Source: Myxococcota bacterium
Lineage (GTDB): Bacteria; Myxococcota_A; Bradymonadia; UBA7976; UBA1532
DNA length: 43,550 nucleotides
Direction of reading: 5' to 3'
NCBI GenBank assembly: GCA_036337435.1
Contig: JAYZEG010000051.1
Location: 1 to 43,550 of the forward strand
Under the pieces are notes generated by a model that was given only the letters and a program-made list of their open reading frames with translations, was not told where the DNA came from and made no database searches. The position numbers and the translations under genes are program-made. Positions 9,008 to 18,529 of this stretch are shown piece by piece; the first letter of the stretch is position 1, and every line of letters begins with the position of its first letter.

Positions 9008-10294
9008 TTATTCCATCATTGCTTCGATGCAAACCATGTTTTCGCAGAAATACCCCATCTGACAGTCTTCGTCGCTCGCACAGGCTGATACGGCAATCAG
9101 TGGAATCATGATATTTGAGTTATTGGGATCATTGGACAGGATTTCAACGTTACCGCGATAACGACGCGCCGTCGGCGGTGCATAGATCACACTGAATGTC
9201 AGTGGCGCCGCGCCCGCCATAAGCTCGCTTGGAAATGTCGGGAGGTTCATTCCTTGAAACTCGAATGCATCTGCAGATCCAGCAGTGAGTCCGATCCGAT
9301 CGATATAAAGTGGCCCCTCTCCACAGTTCGTGACGCTGACAGTCGGGGACTCGGTTCGCGTTTGGACATCACCTGACCATTCCAGAGTTTCGTGTGAGAC
9401 GTTGATACAGCCTTCGGACTCATTGGCAATGACAGGAATCCTAAGTTCGGGATTAAGAGGGTCATCGCTGTCGATAATGATCAAGGACCGTTGGGTTCCT
9501 GGCCGAGTGGGCGCAAAATCGATGGTAATTTCAAATTCGGTCCCGGGCTCGAGTCCTGGGGAGCCATCCTGGTCTGGGTCCTCATAGACAGACGGTGTTT
9601 CTACGGGATCGTCTCCGTTCACCGACAGTCGGTAGTAGACATTACTGTCTTTTTGGATATCTGAAATGTTGAGCGTGGCTTGGCCGATATTACGAATGAC
9701 TAGTGTTGCTGTGGCTTCTGTGTTTTCCCTGACACGACCAAAGTTAACCTGCGCCTGATCGGTTTCGATGGTCCCCACACTGTCGATACCAAGAATGGGT
9801 ATAGTCGCCGTTTCCGAAGCAAAATTGCCGGTCAGCTTAACAGAGCCGCCTGGAATGCCAGCACCGAGGGTATATTCGACATACAGTGGCAAGCTTTCGC
9901 CGGCCGCGATTCGGACTGGATAGGGAAAAGTATCGGTGCCAGTTACATCGATGCCAATGATTCGACGAGACCCGTAGACGAGCGCTGCCGTACCATCATC
10001 AATATTCAACTCAAATTGGTCGATGAGAATCTCTGTCTCACCCCCATTCGTCAACGTCACCTCCCGAATCGCGCGTTGCCCCTCCCCGAGCAATGGGATT
10101 TGAAAGGACTCTGGATCGATGTCAAGTGTCGGGGCGGTGATGCCTTGGTCGACGGTCTGATCACCCATGGCGACTGCATCAGTGACCGTCCCTGCATCAA
10201 GCTGTTCATTTGTTGTGCTTTCACTGGACGAACAGCCGTAGGCGACCGCGAATAGCAGTGAAAGAACCGAGAACGTCAGGTGTCTATTTGTCAT
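9008..10294 (-). CDS. Lipoprotein with three Ig-like (ASH/choice-of-anchor D-like) domains and a short Cys-rich tail
   Basis: ATG 10294 with GGGAG RBS and lipobox AYG-C. Three units resembling vTltN.G...l.I...SDDP/SNDP..ipl, then C-terminal CASDEDCQMGYFCENMVC. Confidence 0.8.
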   Translation of the reverse strand: MTNRHLTFSVLSLLFAVAYGCSSSESTTNEQLDAGTVTDAVAMGDQTVDQGITAPTLDIDPESFQIPLLGEGQRAIREVTLTNGGETEILIDQFELNIDDGTAALVYGSRRIIGIDVTGTDTFPYPVRIAAGESLPLYVEYTLGAGIPGGSVKLTGNFASETATIPILGIDSVGTIETDQAQVNFGRVRENTEATATLVIRNIGQATLNISDIQKDSNVYYRLSVNGDDPVETPSVYEDPDQDGSPGLEPGTEFEITIDFAPTRPGTQRSLIIIDSDDPLNPELRIPVIANESEGCINVSHETLEWSGDVQTRTESPTVSVTNCGEGPLYIDRIGLTAGSADAFEFQGMNLPTFPSELMAGAAPLTFSVIYAPPTARRYRGNVEILSNDPNNSNIMIPLIAVSACASDEDCQMGYFCENMVCIEAMME

Positions 10295-10415
10295 TGTGCC
10301 GTCTCCCTTAATCACACTCGCTTGTCCGTCGCTCCAGCCAAATTGTCAAGTCTTGAAGCACCTGGTGTGATATCCAAACCCTTGACTTACGGATCACCAC
10401 AGACATCCTAGGGAA

Positions 10416-11063
10416 ATGACACGCTACGCAATCGTTGCCATTTTAGTCGCAACATTCGTGCCCTATTGCGGGTACGGAAGCCCCCTCAGCGTCAACACGT
10501 CATACGAAACTAAGCGGGATGTTTTTATCACCATCGGCCATGTCACCATGCCCTGCGGACTGGAGCCGCTGACGGAGCTGGCGGCCCGGTTTGAGAGTTA
10601 CAGGGATTGGGCGTTGCGGGGGATCAACAAGAAGGCGTCTGGTAAGGCATTTATCATCAAATTGTTAGACGTTGCTCATAGACCTGGGACGCCTGGGCCC
10701 CAAGGTCATTTCTCCATCACCTTTGATGTTGATTTGAGCTGGCCTTTTCGCGAACGAGGTTCAACCATTAAGTTCGGGGTCGACCGTGTCAGACGCTACA
10801 AGCAGAATGGCATTGACCGTATGTCTGTCAGTCTTTTTGGCGTCAACAGACTCATCAAGCGATTCGAGCTAGAATTAACTGCAGATGGCGATCAAGTGAG
10901 CAGCAGGTTGGCATTCAAGGCAGTCGTTAAATTGCATCCGGTTGTTGATACCTTTTTCCCAATTGGTGTCTATCGAAAAAATATCGAGTATCGCATTGCC
11001 AAAGTCGTCCTTAACCTACGAGATCAGTTGGCAAGAACCATGACTAAGGACTCGGTAAAATAG
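10416..11063 (+). CDS. Hypothetical exported protein
   Basis: 215-aa ORF with a hydrophobic N-terminus; fills the gap between opposite-strand genes. Confidence 0.65.
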   Translation: MTRYAIVAILVATFVPYCGYGSPLSVNTSYETKRDVFITIGHVTMPCGLEPLTELAARFESYRDWALRGINKKASGKAFIIKLLDVAHRPGTPGPQGHFSITFDVDLSWPFRERGSTIKFGVDRVRRYKQNGIDRMSVSLFGVNRLIKRFELELTADGDQVSSRLAFKAVVKLHPVVDTFFPIGVYRKNIEYRIAKVVLNLRDQLARTMTKDSVK

Positions 11064-11967
11064 AAGGCTGGCCACGACGACTCACGGCCATGATGATTTT
11101 TGGAATACGCCGACCGGTCCTTGCATAGATGAAGTAACGTCCAGGCAACTGCGCGAAGGTCGCACTTTCGATTGAGGTATCCGATGTCAGCACAGGATTA
11201 AACTGAAATGGGTCCCAGTGTTTGCCATCGTCAGAACCAATGAATCCCAAGGTTGATTCATCGGCATCATTGGTTGCTGTGCCGAGTCCGCGGAATAGCG
11301 TTCGACCGAGGGCCGTTCGAATGCTTTTTAGCTCATAGTCGTGGGGCGGCGTCGTCGACCAACAATTGGACCCACAGAGCAGGATGTCATTGACGGGACC
11401 AGACGCATTGACTTGTCTACGTATCCACTTTGAATCGTCGCTGTTTATCCGTAAGAAAACCTCTGTGTCCATGCCAGAGCTCAGGACGGAAAGAGCCGAA
11501 AATGACGTGTCTGGCTCGGCCGCTAAAATGGTTTCACTAAACTCGAATTGAGACCCACTTGAGTCGAAGCGAAAGACTTTTGAGCGGTCGGCACTCAGTG
11601 TCCACAAAATCAGGCCAGTACCCGCGCGGACCACATATGGTTCTCTTAGGCCGTCCTGGTGAGTTGCCACGATCTGCGGCTCCGTGAAAAGGAGACCATC
11701 CTGTGACCTGGCCCTGACGATACGGCATGTGTCATTCATCGGACACGATGAGAAAAACAGATCAACTGTGTCCGCGGAGGACAAGGCAAATGGGGCCTCA
11801 AGGCGGTTTTGATTTGGAAACAAACTCTTTGGTGTGTCTCCGTCTTCGAGCCAGGCGTAGGGGCCAAATCCGGCATTGGGTAAATGACGGTCTCCGCCAC
11901 CTGGACCGCCCTCTGTGCCGCAGCCGACGACGATGCAGAATACGAAGGATAAGAATCGGGCCGCCAT
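11044..11967 (-). CDS. Lipoprotein, probable beta-propeller (glycoside hydrolase/sialidase-like fold)
   Basis: ATG 11967 overlaps the upstream TAA (TAATG); lipobox VVG-C; Asp-box-like RSQDGLLF and GSDDGKHW. Confidence 0.65.
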   Translation of the reverse strand: MAARFLSFVFCIVVGCGTEGGPGGGDRHLPNAGFGPYAWLEDGDTPKSLFPNQNRLEAPFALSSADTVDLFFSSCPMNDTCRIVRARSQDGLLFTEPQIVATHQDGLREPYVVRAGTGLILWTLSADRSKVFRFDSSGSQFEFSETILAAEPDTSFSALSVLSSGMDTEVFLRINSDDSKWIRRQVNASGPVNDILLCGSNCWSTTPPHDYELKSIRTALGRTLFRGLGTATNDADESTLGFIGSDDGKHWDPFQFNPVLTSDTSIESATFAQLPGRYFIYARTGRRIPKIIMAVSRRGQPSILPSP

Positions 11968-13274
11968 TAGAAACTGGACCCGATGTTTATAGATAAGCCC
12001 AGCGCGTGGCCGCTGCCAATGTAATCCCCAACCGGATCGACTGGGCTTTGTTTTCGATGGCTGCGCGATGCCAAGACAAGCCACAGAAATGTGAGGTCCA
12101 CAGACAATGGGCCTGCAATGATGCCCTCCGTTTGTATGACATCGGCTCCCACACCAAATGAAAAACCGTGTTTGTCGCTGTCGATGTAGTTGGTTTTACC
12201 GATTTGCTCAGGAGCGGGGCTGGGCTCAAAGAAGTACCCCATGCGAGCGTCCATGTTCAGGTCAGTACCAGAGTATATTGACCTTTGGATGCCGACCCTA
12301 GGAACCCAGATGTCAGTGAAGTTTGGTTTTATGGGTCGGGCCGGAGTCGGAATCTCGACGTCTAATGGCTCAAGCACCAGGCCCAAATCAACAATGGCGG
12401 TCGGTGCAGGGAATTTGGACCAATCAATCCAGCCGATGTCGAGGCTCACACGCCAGGTCTCGTTGCTGTAGCATGAGCCAAAAACGACCTGCTGGGGTGA
12501 GTAAAGCGTCTGGCTTATTGAGCGCACCTGAAGGCGACCTGCATCTACAATGGGATCCCCATCGATGACAACAGCACCCTGAACATCGACAGCAATATCG
12601 AGCTCGAGTTTAAAGTCTTCTCGATATGTGAGGCCAAATTTCCAAGCGGCACTTGGTCGATACTGGATACCCACGGTGACATAGCGCAACGCTGCCAGGT
12701 TGACATCGACCTCTGCGAGCAAATCGGTTGCTTCGGCATCGAAAAAATCAACATCTCCAGACATCTTGAGTGTGCCAGATGTGTTGGCCAGATAGGTCAG
12801 GCCAAACCCAAATGATAGATCATCGACGAGCTCTATAGCGACGCTCGAGTTGATGACGATGCGTTGAGGGCGATTATCCCAAAGAACCCATCTGGGCTGC
12901 CGCTCCGGGAGTGCTCGGATTCGGCTGATATGTTGATCCGGCAGATGGACGCTCAGAGCAATTCCGAAACGGTACTGGCCGATTCGACTGGGCAGACTAA
13001 GGCCCGCCTGTATGCCGCGACTTGCATCGACATCTTGTCCGTGACCGTTCAGTTTCAAATCTGGTTGAACGTAAATATAACCTAAATCCAGCTTCAATGC
13101 GGTCGTGTGGACCAAGCCCGCTGGGTTGTAGTAGGTCGCCTCCGTCGAATTGGTGTCGGCCGTGACTGCGCCACCAAGTGCTATCGCTCGACTGCCAAAT
13201 CCGAAACTATCCAGTGGATTTGCGGCGGCATCACACCACAGCGAGAGCAGACAAAGAAAGCCTATGCCCCTCAT
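11967..13274 (-). CDS. FadL/OmpP1 family outer-membrane hydrophobic-compound transporter
   Basis: Signal peptide, then GFGSRAIALGGAVTA...ATYYNPAGL; late motifs WIDWSKF and RMGYFFEPSP; terminal Phe. Confidence 0.88.
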   Translation of the reverse strand: MRGIGFLCLLSLWCDAAANPLDSFGFGSRAIALGGAVTADTNSTEATYYNPAGLVHTTALKLDLGYIYVQPDLKLNGHGQDVDASRGIQAGLSLPSRIGQYRFGIALSVHLPDQHISRIRALPERQPRWVLWDNRPQRIVINSSVAIELVDDLSFGFGLTYLANTSGTLKMSGDVDFFDAEATDLLAEVDVNLAALRYVTVGIQYRPSAAWKFGLTYREDFKLELDIAVDVQGAVVIDGDPIVDAGRLQVRSISQTLYSPQQVVFGSCYSNETWRVSLDIGWIDWSKFPAPTAIVDLGLVLEPLDVEIPTPARPIKPNFTDIWVPRVGIQRSIYSGTDLNMDARMGYFFEPSPAPEQIGKTNYIDSDKHGFSFGVGADVIQTEGIIAGPLSVDLTFLWLVLASRSHRKQSPVDPVGDYIGSGHALGLSINIGSSF

Positions 13275-14500
13275 AGCTTAAGGCCGATCTCTGTCGTTGC
13301 CAGCCAAATTCTTGCACTGTGTCGATAGAGCGCAGCCTCGTTGCTGTCTCGGACAAGACTCTGCGTCTCTCTCGCTTGAGCGACATGAGTTTGCAAGCCC
13401 AGAGTGAAGTCAAACTGGCCGAAGGAAAGTGTCGTACCGAGAGCAAACACGTGGCGGTTCGAATCCAGGAAGGCGTGGATATGTTGGCGGTCGGGCACCG
13501 GGCTTTGAACCCACCGATATCCGGAACGTAGAACAGGGGCACCCCAGGCGGCCTGCCAGATGTATTGTAGGCTTGCCGATACATCCAGTGTATCGTGCCA
13601 GTTTGGCGCAGGTAACTTTGCGATATGGGGCGGACGTGCCGCATATTTTATTGGTTGGGGGTAGTGGCTCCAGCGGCTCCAGATGACGCCAGCCGAGACC
13701 CTTGCTGGACCTCTCTTGACGCCGAGCTCGAATTCATACTGTGCCGGATCAAACTGAGCAGTTCCGTTGATCATCAAAACGGGTATCGGGAGCGGAAAGT
13801 CCTCGCCCAAGTTTGCTCTGAGGGGTAGGTCAAATTCCGCTTGGGACTGGGCGCGATAAACGAGGCCCACATCAAAACCTGATCCAAGTACCAATTGGCC
13901 ACCAAGAATGGGTGAATATCGAGCCACAAGCTGATCCCGTGCAGCTGACCCAATTCGGCCCTCAGCATTGGGACCGACGTCGATTGCTCCTGTCAATGCT
14001 GACATGGCGATAACGCCGACGCCCAATGAGAGTTTGTCTGATAACCTGATGGCCATGCCGCCCTGTAAGGTGACGGTCTGCGCCCTGTTGTCGATGACGG
14101 CAAAGTAAGGCGTTCCAGGCTTCGGAACCCGCGCAGTCAGGACAGTGTTTGTGGGGATATAAAAAGCCAGTCCAATACCGACCCGGTCTTTCAAGACGCC
14201 TTGAAACGGTAGGGGCAACGCTAACCCAATGGTTGTCGCGGTCACAGCGTCAGCTGTATTGGAGTCTTGATTAAGTTCACGCCAGATCTGCGCAAATGTG
14301 TATCCGATGGACACCCTTGGTGCTGCGTTTTGGACCAGGCAAGCAGGATTATGAAAAATACAATCGTATCCCTCGGCACCACTGGCACCAGCACCGGCTA
14401 GACCGATGGACCGAGCGCCTGCACCGAACAGAGACGGACTGCTGGCATGAACATGAAAGCTCATTGAAACCAGCATAAGAATGGTCAATCGGACGTGCAT
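13271..14500 (-). CDS. FadL/OmpP1 family outer-membrane transporter (second paralogue)
   Basis: GAGARSIGLAGA...IFHNPACL, WSRWSHY and RSGYRWVQSPVP motifs; ATGA overlap with the downstream paralogue; alternative start GTG 14509. Confidence 0.85.
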   Translation of the reverse strand: MHVRLTILMLVSMSFHVHASSPSLFGAGARSIGLAGAGASGAEGYDCIFHNPACLVQNAAPRVSIGYTFAQIWRELNQDSNTADAVTATTIGLALPLPFQGVLKDRVGIGLAFYIPTNTVLTARVPKPGTPYFAVIDNRAQTVTLQGGMAIRLSDKLSLGVGVIAMSALTGAIDVGPNAEGRIGSAARDQLVARYSPILGGQLVLGSGFDVGLVYRAQSQAEFDLPLRANLGEDFPLPIPVLMINGTAQFDPAQYEFELGVKRGPARVSAGVIWSRWSHYPQPIKYAARPPHIAKLPAPNWHDTLDVSASLQYIWQAAWGAPVLRSGYRWVQSPVPDRQHIHAFLDSNRHVFALGTTLSFGQFDFTLGLQTHVAQARETQSLVRDSNEAALYRHSARIWLATTEIGLKL

Positions 14501-14543
14501 GCCCAGCACTCTATGTCACATGGGCGTCTGTGTCATGGAGGAT

Positions 14544-14574
14544 ATGGGCGCGCCGACGCAATCGGCGCGCCCAT
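14544..14574. repeat. Perfect 13-bp GC-rich inverted repeat, intercistronic
   Basis: atgggcgcgccga-cgcaa-tcggcgcgcccat; no U tract on either strand. Confidence 0.85.
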
Positions 14575-14657
14575 GGCGCCCGGCCTGTGCGAAGCGGAAC
14601 AGCTGTTCGAACCCACACATAGTGGTCGACGCGAGGTGAGATTCAAGTCTCACACGG

Positions 14658-16052
14658 TTATGCGAAAAAAATGAGTGGCCCAAGGAAACAGGCTTGCGAA
14701 ATGAACAATAAAACGGCTGTGTAGCCGATGATTTCACTGGCCTTCACCCGACATATTCCCAGTAGCGGCAATGCCCAGAATGGCTGAATGAGATTGGTCC
14801 ATTGATCGCCATATGCCAACGCCATGAGGATGACAGCCGGATCAGCATTTGCATCGAGAGCCGCTTGCATGACGATGCTGCCTTGAACAGCCCACTGCCC
14901 GCCACCCGATGGGACAAACAAATTGACCAGACCGCCGCTGTAGAATGTTGAGACAGCCAGCCCAGTGGGGCCTAATCCAGACATCCATGCACCGATTTCA
15001 GCCACGAATCCAGACGCGAACATGATGCCCATAATGCCGGCATAGAATGGATATTGCAGGATGATCCCAGAACAACTCTTTACGGCCTCTGCTGTGCAGG
15101 CCACGTATGCTTTGGCGGAGCCATGCAACAGGAGTCCTAACGAGAGCATAAATAGGTTAATCACGTTTGGGTTTAACTTGCCTAAACCCACGTCAAACGC
15201 CCACTGAATGCACCATGCTAGTCCGAGAACGCTTGGAAATAGGACAACCAAAAATGACTGATTTAACCATTGCGCAGGGGATATGTCTGGGGCACTCGGG
15301 GGGGACGAGCCATCACCAATGGCAGGGGCTGAGTCAGGTACACCGCCCGGTGGCGAGACCATATCAACGGGCTCTTTGGGGCTCATCAAAAATAATGTAA
15401 GGGGGATGATGACTAGGCAACTGAGTACGACAACCAAGTTGAGTGACGAGCCAATGGTTTGCTGAAGGAGAATGGGCTTGATTTGGTTGGCCAGCTCAGG
15501 ACCAAGGATCTCCCTCAGCTGAGACGCACTGGTTGCCTTTAGGGGGGCACTGCCAGAAAAACCAGCATGCCAAACGGCCAGCCCTGTATAGCCCGCTGCG
15601 CACACAATTGGATAATGGATTGGACGGCCATGCTCTTGGAATGTACGCCCGACTTCTCGAGCGATGAGGGCTCCGATAATGAGGCCGAGTCCCCAATTTA
15701 AAAGCGCGAATGACATGGCAGTAAGGGAGACTACGACGACTGCCGAACGAGTCGTTTTTGGAATTTGAGCCACTCTCGAAATGAGGCTGCGGATTAACTT
15801 TGTTTCCGCAAGTGCAAAACCAGTGAGCAGAATTAAGCACATTTGCATGGAAAAACTCAGCAGGTTCCAGAACCCTTTGCCTTTCCCCGAACCATCGATC
15901 CATTGGTCGATTATGGGCAAAGGGTTGGACTGTCCGCTCTTGGCCCAAGACATTATAAAAACAGCCAACGTCAGTCCAATAGCCAAAACAAAAGGATCTG
16001 GTATCCAGCGCTCGGCTAGCTTGCTGAGGCGTTTACCTAATGCAGCGATCAT
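14658..16052 (-). CDS. atoE: Short-chain fatty acid transporter (AtoE family)
   Basis: ERWIPDPFVLAI, GFWNLLSFSMQMCLIL.TG, LLNWGLGL, GIILQYPFYAGIMG, NLFVPSGGGQWAVQG and AYGDQWTNLIQPFWALP. Confidence 0.92.
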   Translation of the reverse strand: MIAALGKRLSKLAERWIPDPFVLAIGLTLAVFIMSWAKSGQSNPLPIIDQWIDGSGKGKGFWNLLSFSMQMCLILLTGFALAETKLIRSLISRVAQIPKTTRSAVVVVSLTAMSFALLNWGLGLIIGALIAREVGRTFQEHGRPIHYPIVCAAGYTGLAVWHAGFSGSAPLKATSASQLREILGPELANQIKPILLQQTIGSSLNLVVVLSCLVIIPLTLFLMSPKEPVDMVSPPGGVPDSAPAIGDGSSPPSAPDISPAQWLNQSFLVVLFPSVLGLAWCIQWAFDVGLGKLNPNVINLFMLSLGLLLHGSAKAYVACTAEAVKSCSGIILQYPFYAGIMGIMFASGFVAEIGAWMSGLGPTGLAVSTFYSGGLVNLFVPSGGGQWAVQGSIVMQAALDANADPAVILMALAYGDQWTNLIQPFWALPLLGICRVKASEIIGYTAVLLFISQACFLGPLIFFA

Positions 16053-16468
16053 TGCTTCTCCTTCTCGTTTGCTAAGGCCCGGACACTGTTGGTTGAGATG
16101 TGCATTCGCCTGCCTGCAACGGTCTCAACGAAACAATAGCTGCCGTGGTTTGCCAAATTGCGAACCCGTGTTTTCGCTGGCAGCGTTCCGTCTGCTGGAC
16201 GTGCTTGCTGAGGGCCATCGAGATAGAATTCGGTTTTTTCGGTAACCAGGTGGGTGGCTTCCCATCTCGAAGGAGGCCTCAGTGTCTTGAGCTCGAGTGG
16301 GTCGGTCGACGGCTCCTTGCTGAGGACAGAGGCTTCAAGATTCGAGCGTCTATGGTCTGTTTGGCACCCGAATAACTGGAGAAAAATGACGATGCCTGTC
16401 GCGAATCGACGCCCCATTAGACCCAGTTTTAATGTCGAGTGCATAGTCTTGGGTGACCCAGTGTTCAT
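16049..16468 (-). CDS. Small putative lipoprotein with C-terminal SH3-like beta domain (start uncertain, possibly downstream)
   Basis: Hydrophobic stretch ending LFG-C; C-terminal GTLPAKTRVR...GSYCFVETVAG; ATGA overlap with atoE. Confidence 0.6.
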   Translation of the reverse strand: MNTGSPKTMHSTLKLGLMGRRFATGIVIFLQLFGCQTDHRRSNLEASVLSKEPSTDPLELKTLRPPSRWEATHLVTEKTEFYLDGPQQARPADGTLPAKTRVRNLANHGSYCFVETVAGRRMHISTNSVRALANEKEKQ

Positions 16469-16539
16469 TGGCGTAGACCTGAGGTATAGATCTCTGGTCG
16501 AGACGTGGCAATGGCAAAGACGACTTTAGGAGGTATGCA

Positions 16540-17484
16540 ATGACCGACGGCCGTAATCCATCGCGAGCTGAACTCGCCCAGGTTGGCGAGTATTTCAAAG
16601 ACCTCCAATCACGGGTCTGTGCCATGGTCGAGTCCGTTGAATCGACGGTCCCCTTTGTATCGGACCCTCAGCCCCATCCCGGAGGCGGTTTATCATACCC
16701 GATGGTCTTGAGTGGAGGGGCTGTCGTTGAAAAGGCTGCAGTCAATTTTTCCCATTCCATCGGTGCTCAACTCCCAGCAGCTGCAACAACCCGTCGGCCC
16801 GAGTTCTCAGGATGTGGGTTTGAGGCCATGGCCATATCCTTGATCATCCATCCTGTTAATCCACATGTGCCGACCACGCACGCAAATTTAAGGGTCTTTG
16901 CTATCAAAGAAGGCGAGTCGATTCGCGACTGGTGGTTCGGCGGAGGCTTCGACCTCACACCCTATTACGGATATGCGGCTGACTGCGTGCATTGGCACAG
17001 GACAGCCAAGGCGGCCTGTACCCCGTTTGGCGAGGGGATTTACGAAGAACTCAAAGCGGAATGCGATCGATATTTCTTCCTGCCGCACCGAGATGAGCCC
17101 AGGGGCATTGGCGGCCTTTTCTTTGATGATTGGAAAAGGGGAGGGTGGTCGGAGAGTTTTCGCTTCGTCGAAAGCGTAGGAGACCATTTTCTATTGGCCT
17201 ATGAACCCTTGCTGCAGAGCCGTAAGGCACAGCCATACACCGATGAAGAACGTGCTTTTCAAATCTACAGACGTGGGCGGTATGTGGAGTTTAATCTCGT
17301 CTATGACCGCGGTACAAAGTATGGCCTTCAATCGGGCAAGCGTACGGAAACCGTCATGGCATCGATGCCGCCGCTGGTGAGTTGGCACTATAAATATGCC
17401 CCCGACAAATCCAGTCGTGAAGCCCGGTTTATAGACGAGTTTCTTACCCCAAGAGATTGGTTAGCGGGGCGGGGGACTGACTAA
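16540..17484 (+). CDS. hemF: Oxygen-dependent coproporphyrinogen III oxidase
   Basis: EKAAVNFS, SLIIHPVNPHVPTTHAN.R, WWFGGGFDLTP, RGIGGLFFDD and RRGRYVEFNLVYDRGT; RBS AGGAGG. Confidence 0.97.
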   Translation: MTDGRNPSRAELAQVGEYFKDLQSRVCAMVESVESTVPFVSDPQPHPGGGLSYPMVLSGGAVVEKAAVNFSHSIGAQLPAAATTRRPEFSGCGFEAMAISLIIHPVNPHVPTTHANLRVFAIKEGESIRDWWFGGGFDLTPYYGYAADCVHWHRTAKAACTPFGEGIYEELKAECDRYFFLPHRDEPRGIGGLFFDDWKRGGWSESFRFVESVGDHFLLAYEPLLQSRKAQPYTDEERAFQIYRRGRYVEFNLVYDRGTKYGLQSGKRTETVMASMPPLVSWHYKYAPDKSSREARFIDEFLTPRDWLAGRGTD

Positions 17485-18243
17485 TTTGGGGTCAAAGCGT
17501 TTCCCTTTGAGGGGGACGACTTTGCTGACGTGGAAGAGTGGGGGGAGTGCTCGCGCCTGTTTTGGGACGGCCCTTCGCTCGAGAAAGATTTTGGATTTTG
17601 ACACGTCGTTACCATCAGACTCTGAGCCGACTGAATCTCGTATGAACCGAGCCCGCTGCCGCTCCGCTGCTTCGACCAGGTCTTGACCCTTGAGAGGTTG
17701 CAAGTCCAACGCCCGAGGGAGTTTTTGCCTGGCGTTCTGAACGCGAACGGCCGTCTGGCCCATATGGACCCATCGGCCGATGACCTTGACGGGTTGACCG
17801 AGTCGACCGATGAGAGATTTTGGCTCGTTTGTCTTCAAACGCAATCTGTATTCTTTGTCTGGTTTCTCTTCGCCGGTTGATTCATCTACGACGGTATAGC
17901 TCGCGAGGAAAAAACGTTCATTGGGCACTAAACCCGGAAATTGATCGGCGGTCTCACCATTGGCCAGTGACACGGATTCAATGGTGACTGTCAAGCTGAT
18001 CGGGGCGGCTGAGCGATTGTCATCGGCATCCGGCTTTGTCTTTGTCTTTGTCTTTGTCAGAACTGGAAGACGTGAACTTGACGGACGTGGCTGATATTTA
18101 TCGAGACTTGGGCGATTGGACAGTGGGGTTAAAACCTGAGTCAGCTGTTTTATTTGCTGTCCTGGACGTTGAGCAGGCTTTGGTTTCTGTTGGTTTTGGC
18201 AGCCCAATGCAGTTACGCAGAGTAGTGTCCATAGTCTGAGCAC
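17461..18243 (-). CDS. Hypothetical lipoprotein
   Basis: GTG 18243 preceded by GGAGG gives MLRLWTLLCVTALG-C (lipobox); in frame with the longer 18411 ORF call; Lys/Pro/Gln-rich linker. Confidence 0.6.
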   Translation of the reverse strand: MLRLWTLLCVTALGCQNQQKPKPAQRPGQQIKQLTQVLTPLSNRPSLDKYQPRPSSSRLPVLTKTKTKTKPDADDNRSAAPISLTVTIESVSLANGETADQFPGLVPNERFFLASYTVVDESTGEEKPDKEYRLRLKTNEPKSLIGRLGQPVKVIGRWVHMGQTAVRVQNARQKLPRALDLQPLKGQDLVEAAERQRARFIRDSVGSESDGNDVSKSKIFLERRAVPKQARALPPLFHVSKVVPLKGKRFDPKLVSPPPR

Positions 18244-18517
18244 GGGTCTATCCCTCCCAGTGGGTCTTACGGCTGTCGATCCGCCACGTTTGTGTTCGTC
18301 AGACAGTTTATTTGAATTACTCGGAGATTCAAAATGCTTCTGTAGGACAACAAACTTGACTGGCCTCGAGTCGGCTAAACGGACGTTGATTAAAGGGACA
18401 GATACTCTCATTTAAAGGCTTATTTTGCACCCATCGCTGCACAACTCCTTTCCGTTTCGCCGTGGGTCTAAATTGTCCCTAAACTCTTTGACGACTTCAA
18501 ATCAGGGCCAAGCTGGG

Positions 18518-18523
18518 TATAAT
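18518..18523 (+). promoter_or_regulatory. Consensus -10 box TATAAT immediately upstream of the selD start (probable leaderless transcript)
   Basis: TATAAT ends 6 nt before ATG 18530; TTCAAA lies 16 nt upstream; no Shine-Dalgarno. Confidence 0.55.
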
Positions 18524-18529
18524 CCGACT

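Noticed and set aside
18485..18510. GACTTCAAATC upstream of selD resembles the tRNA-Sec (UCA) anticodon loop
   Set aside because: Only 2 bp of anticodon stem form, and there is no T-arm (GTTCGA), acceptor stem or long variable arm; it overlaps the probable -35 region. selC was not found in this window.
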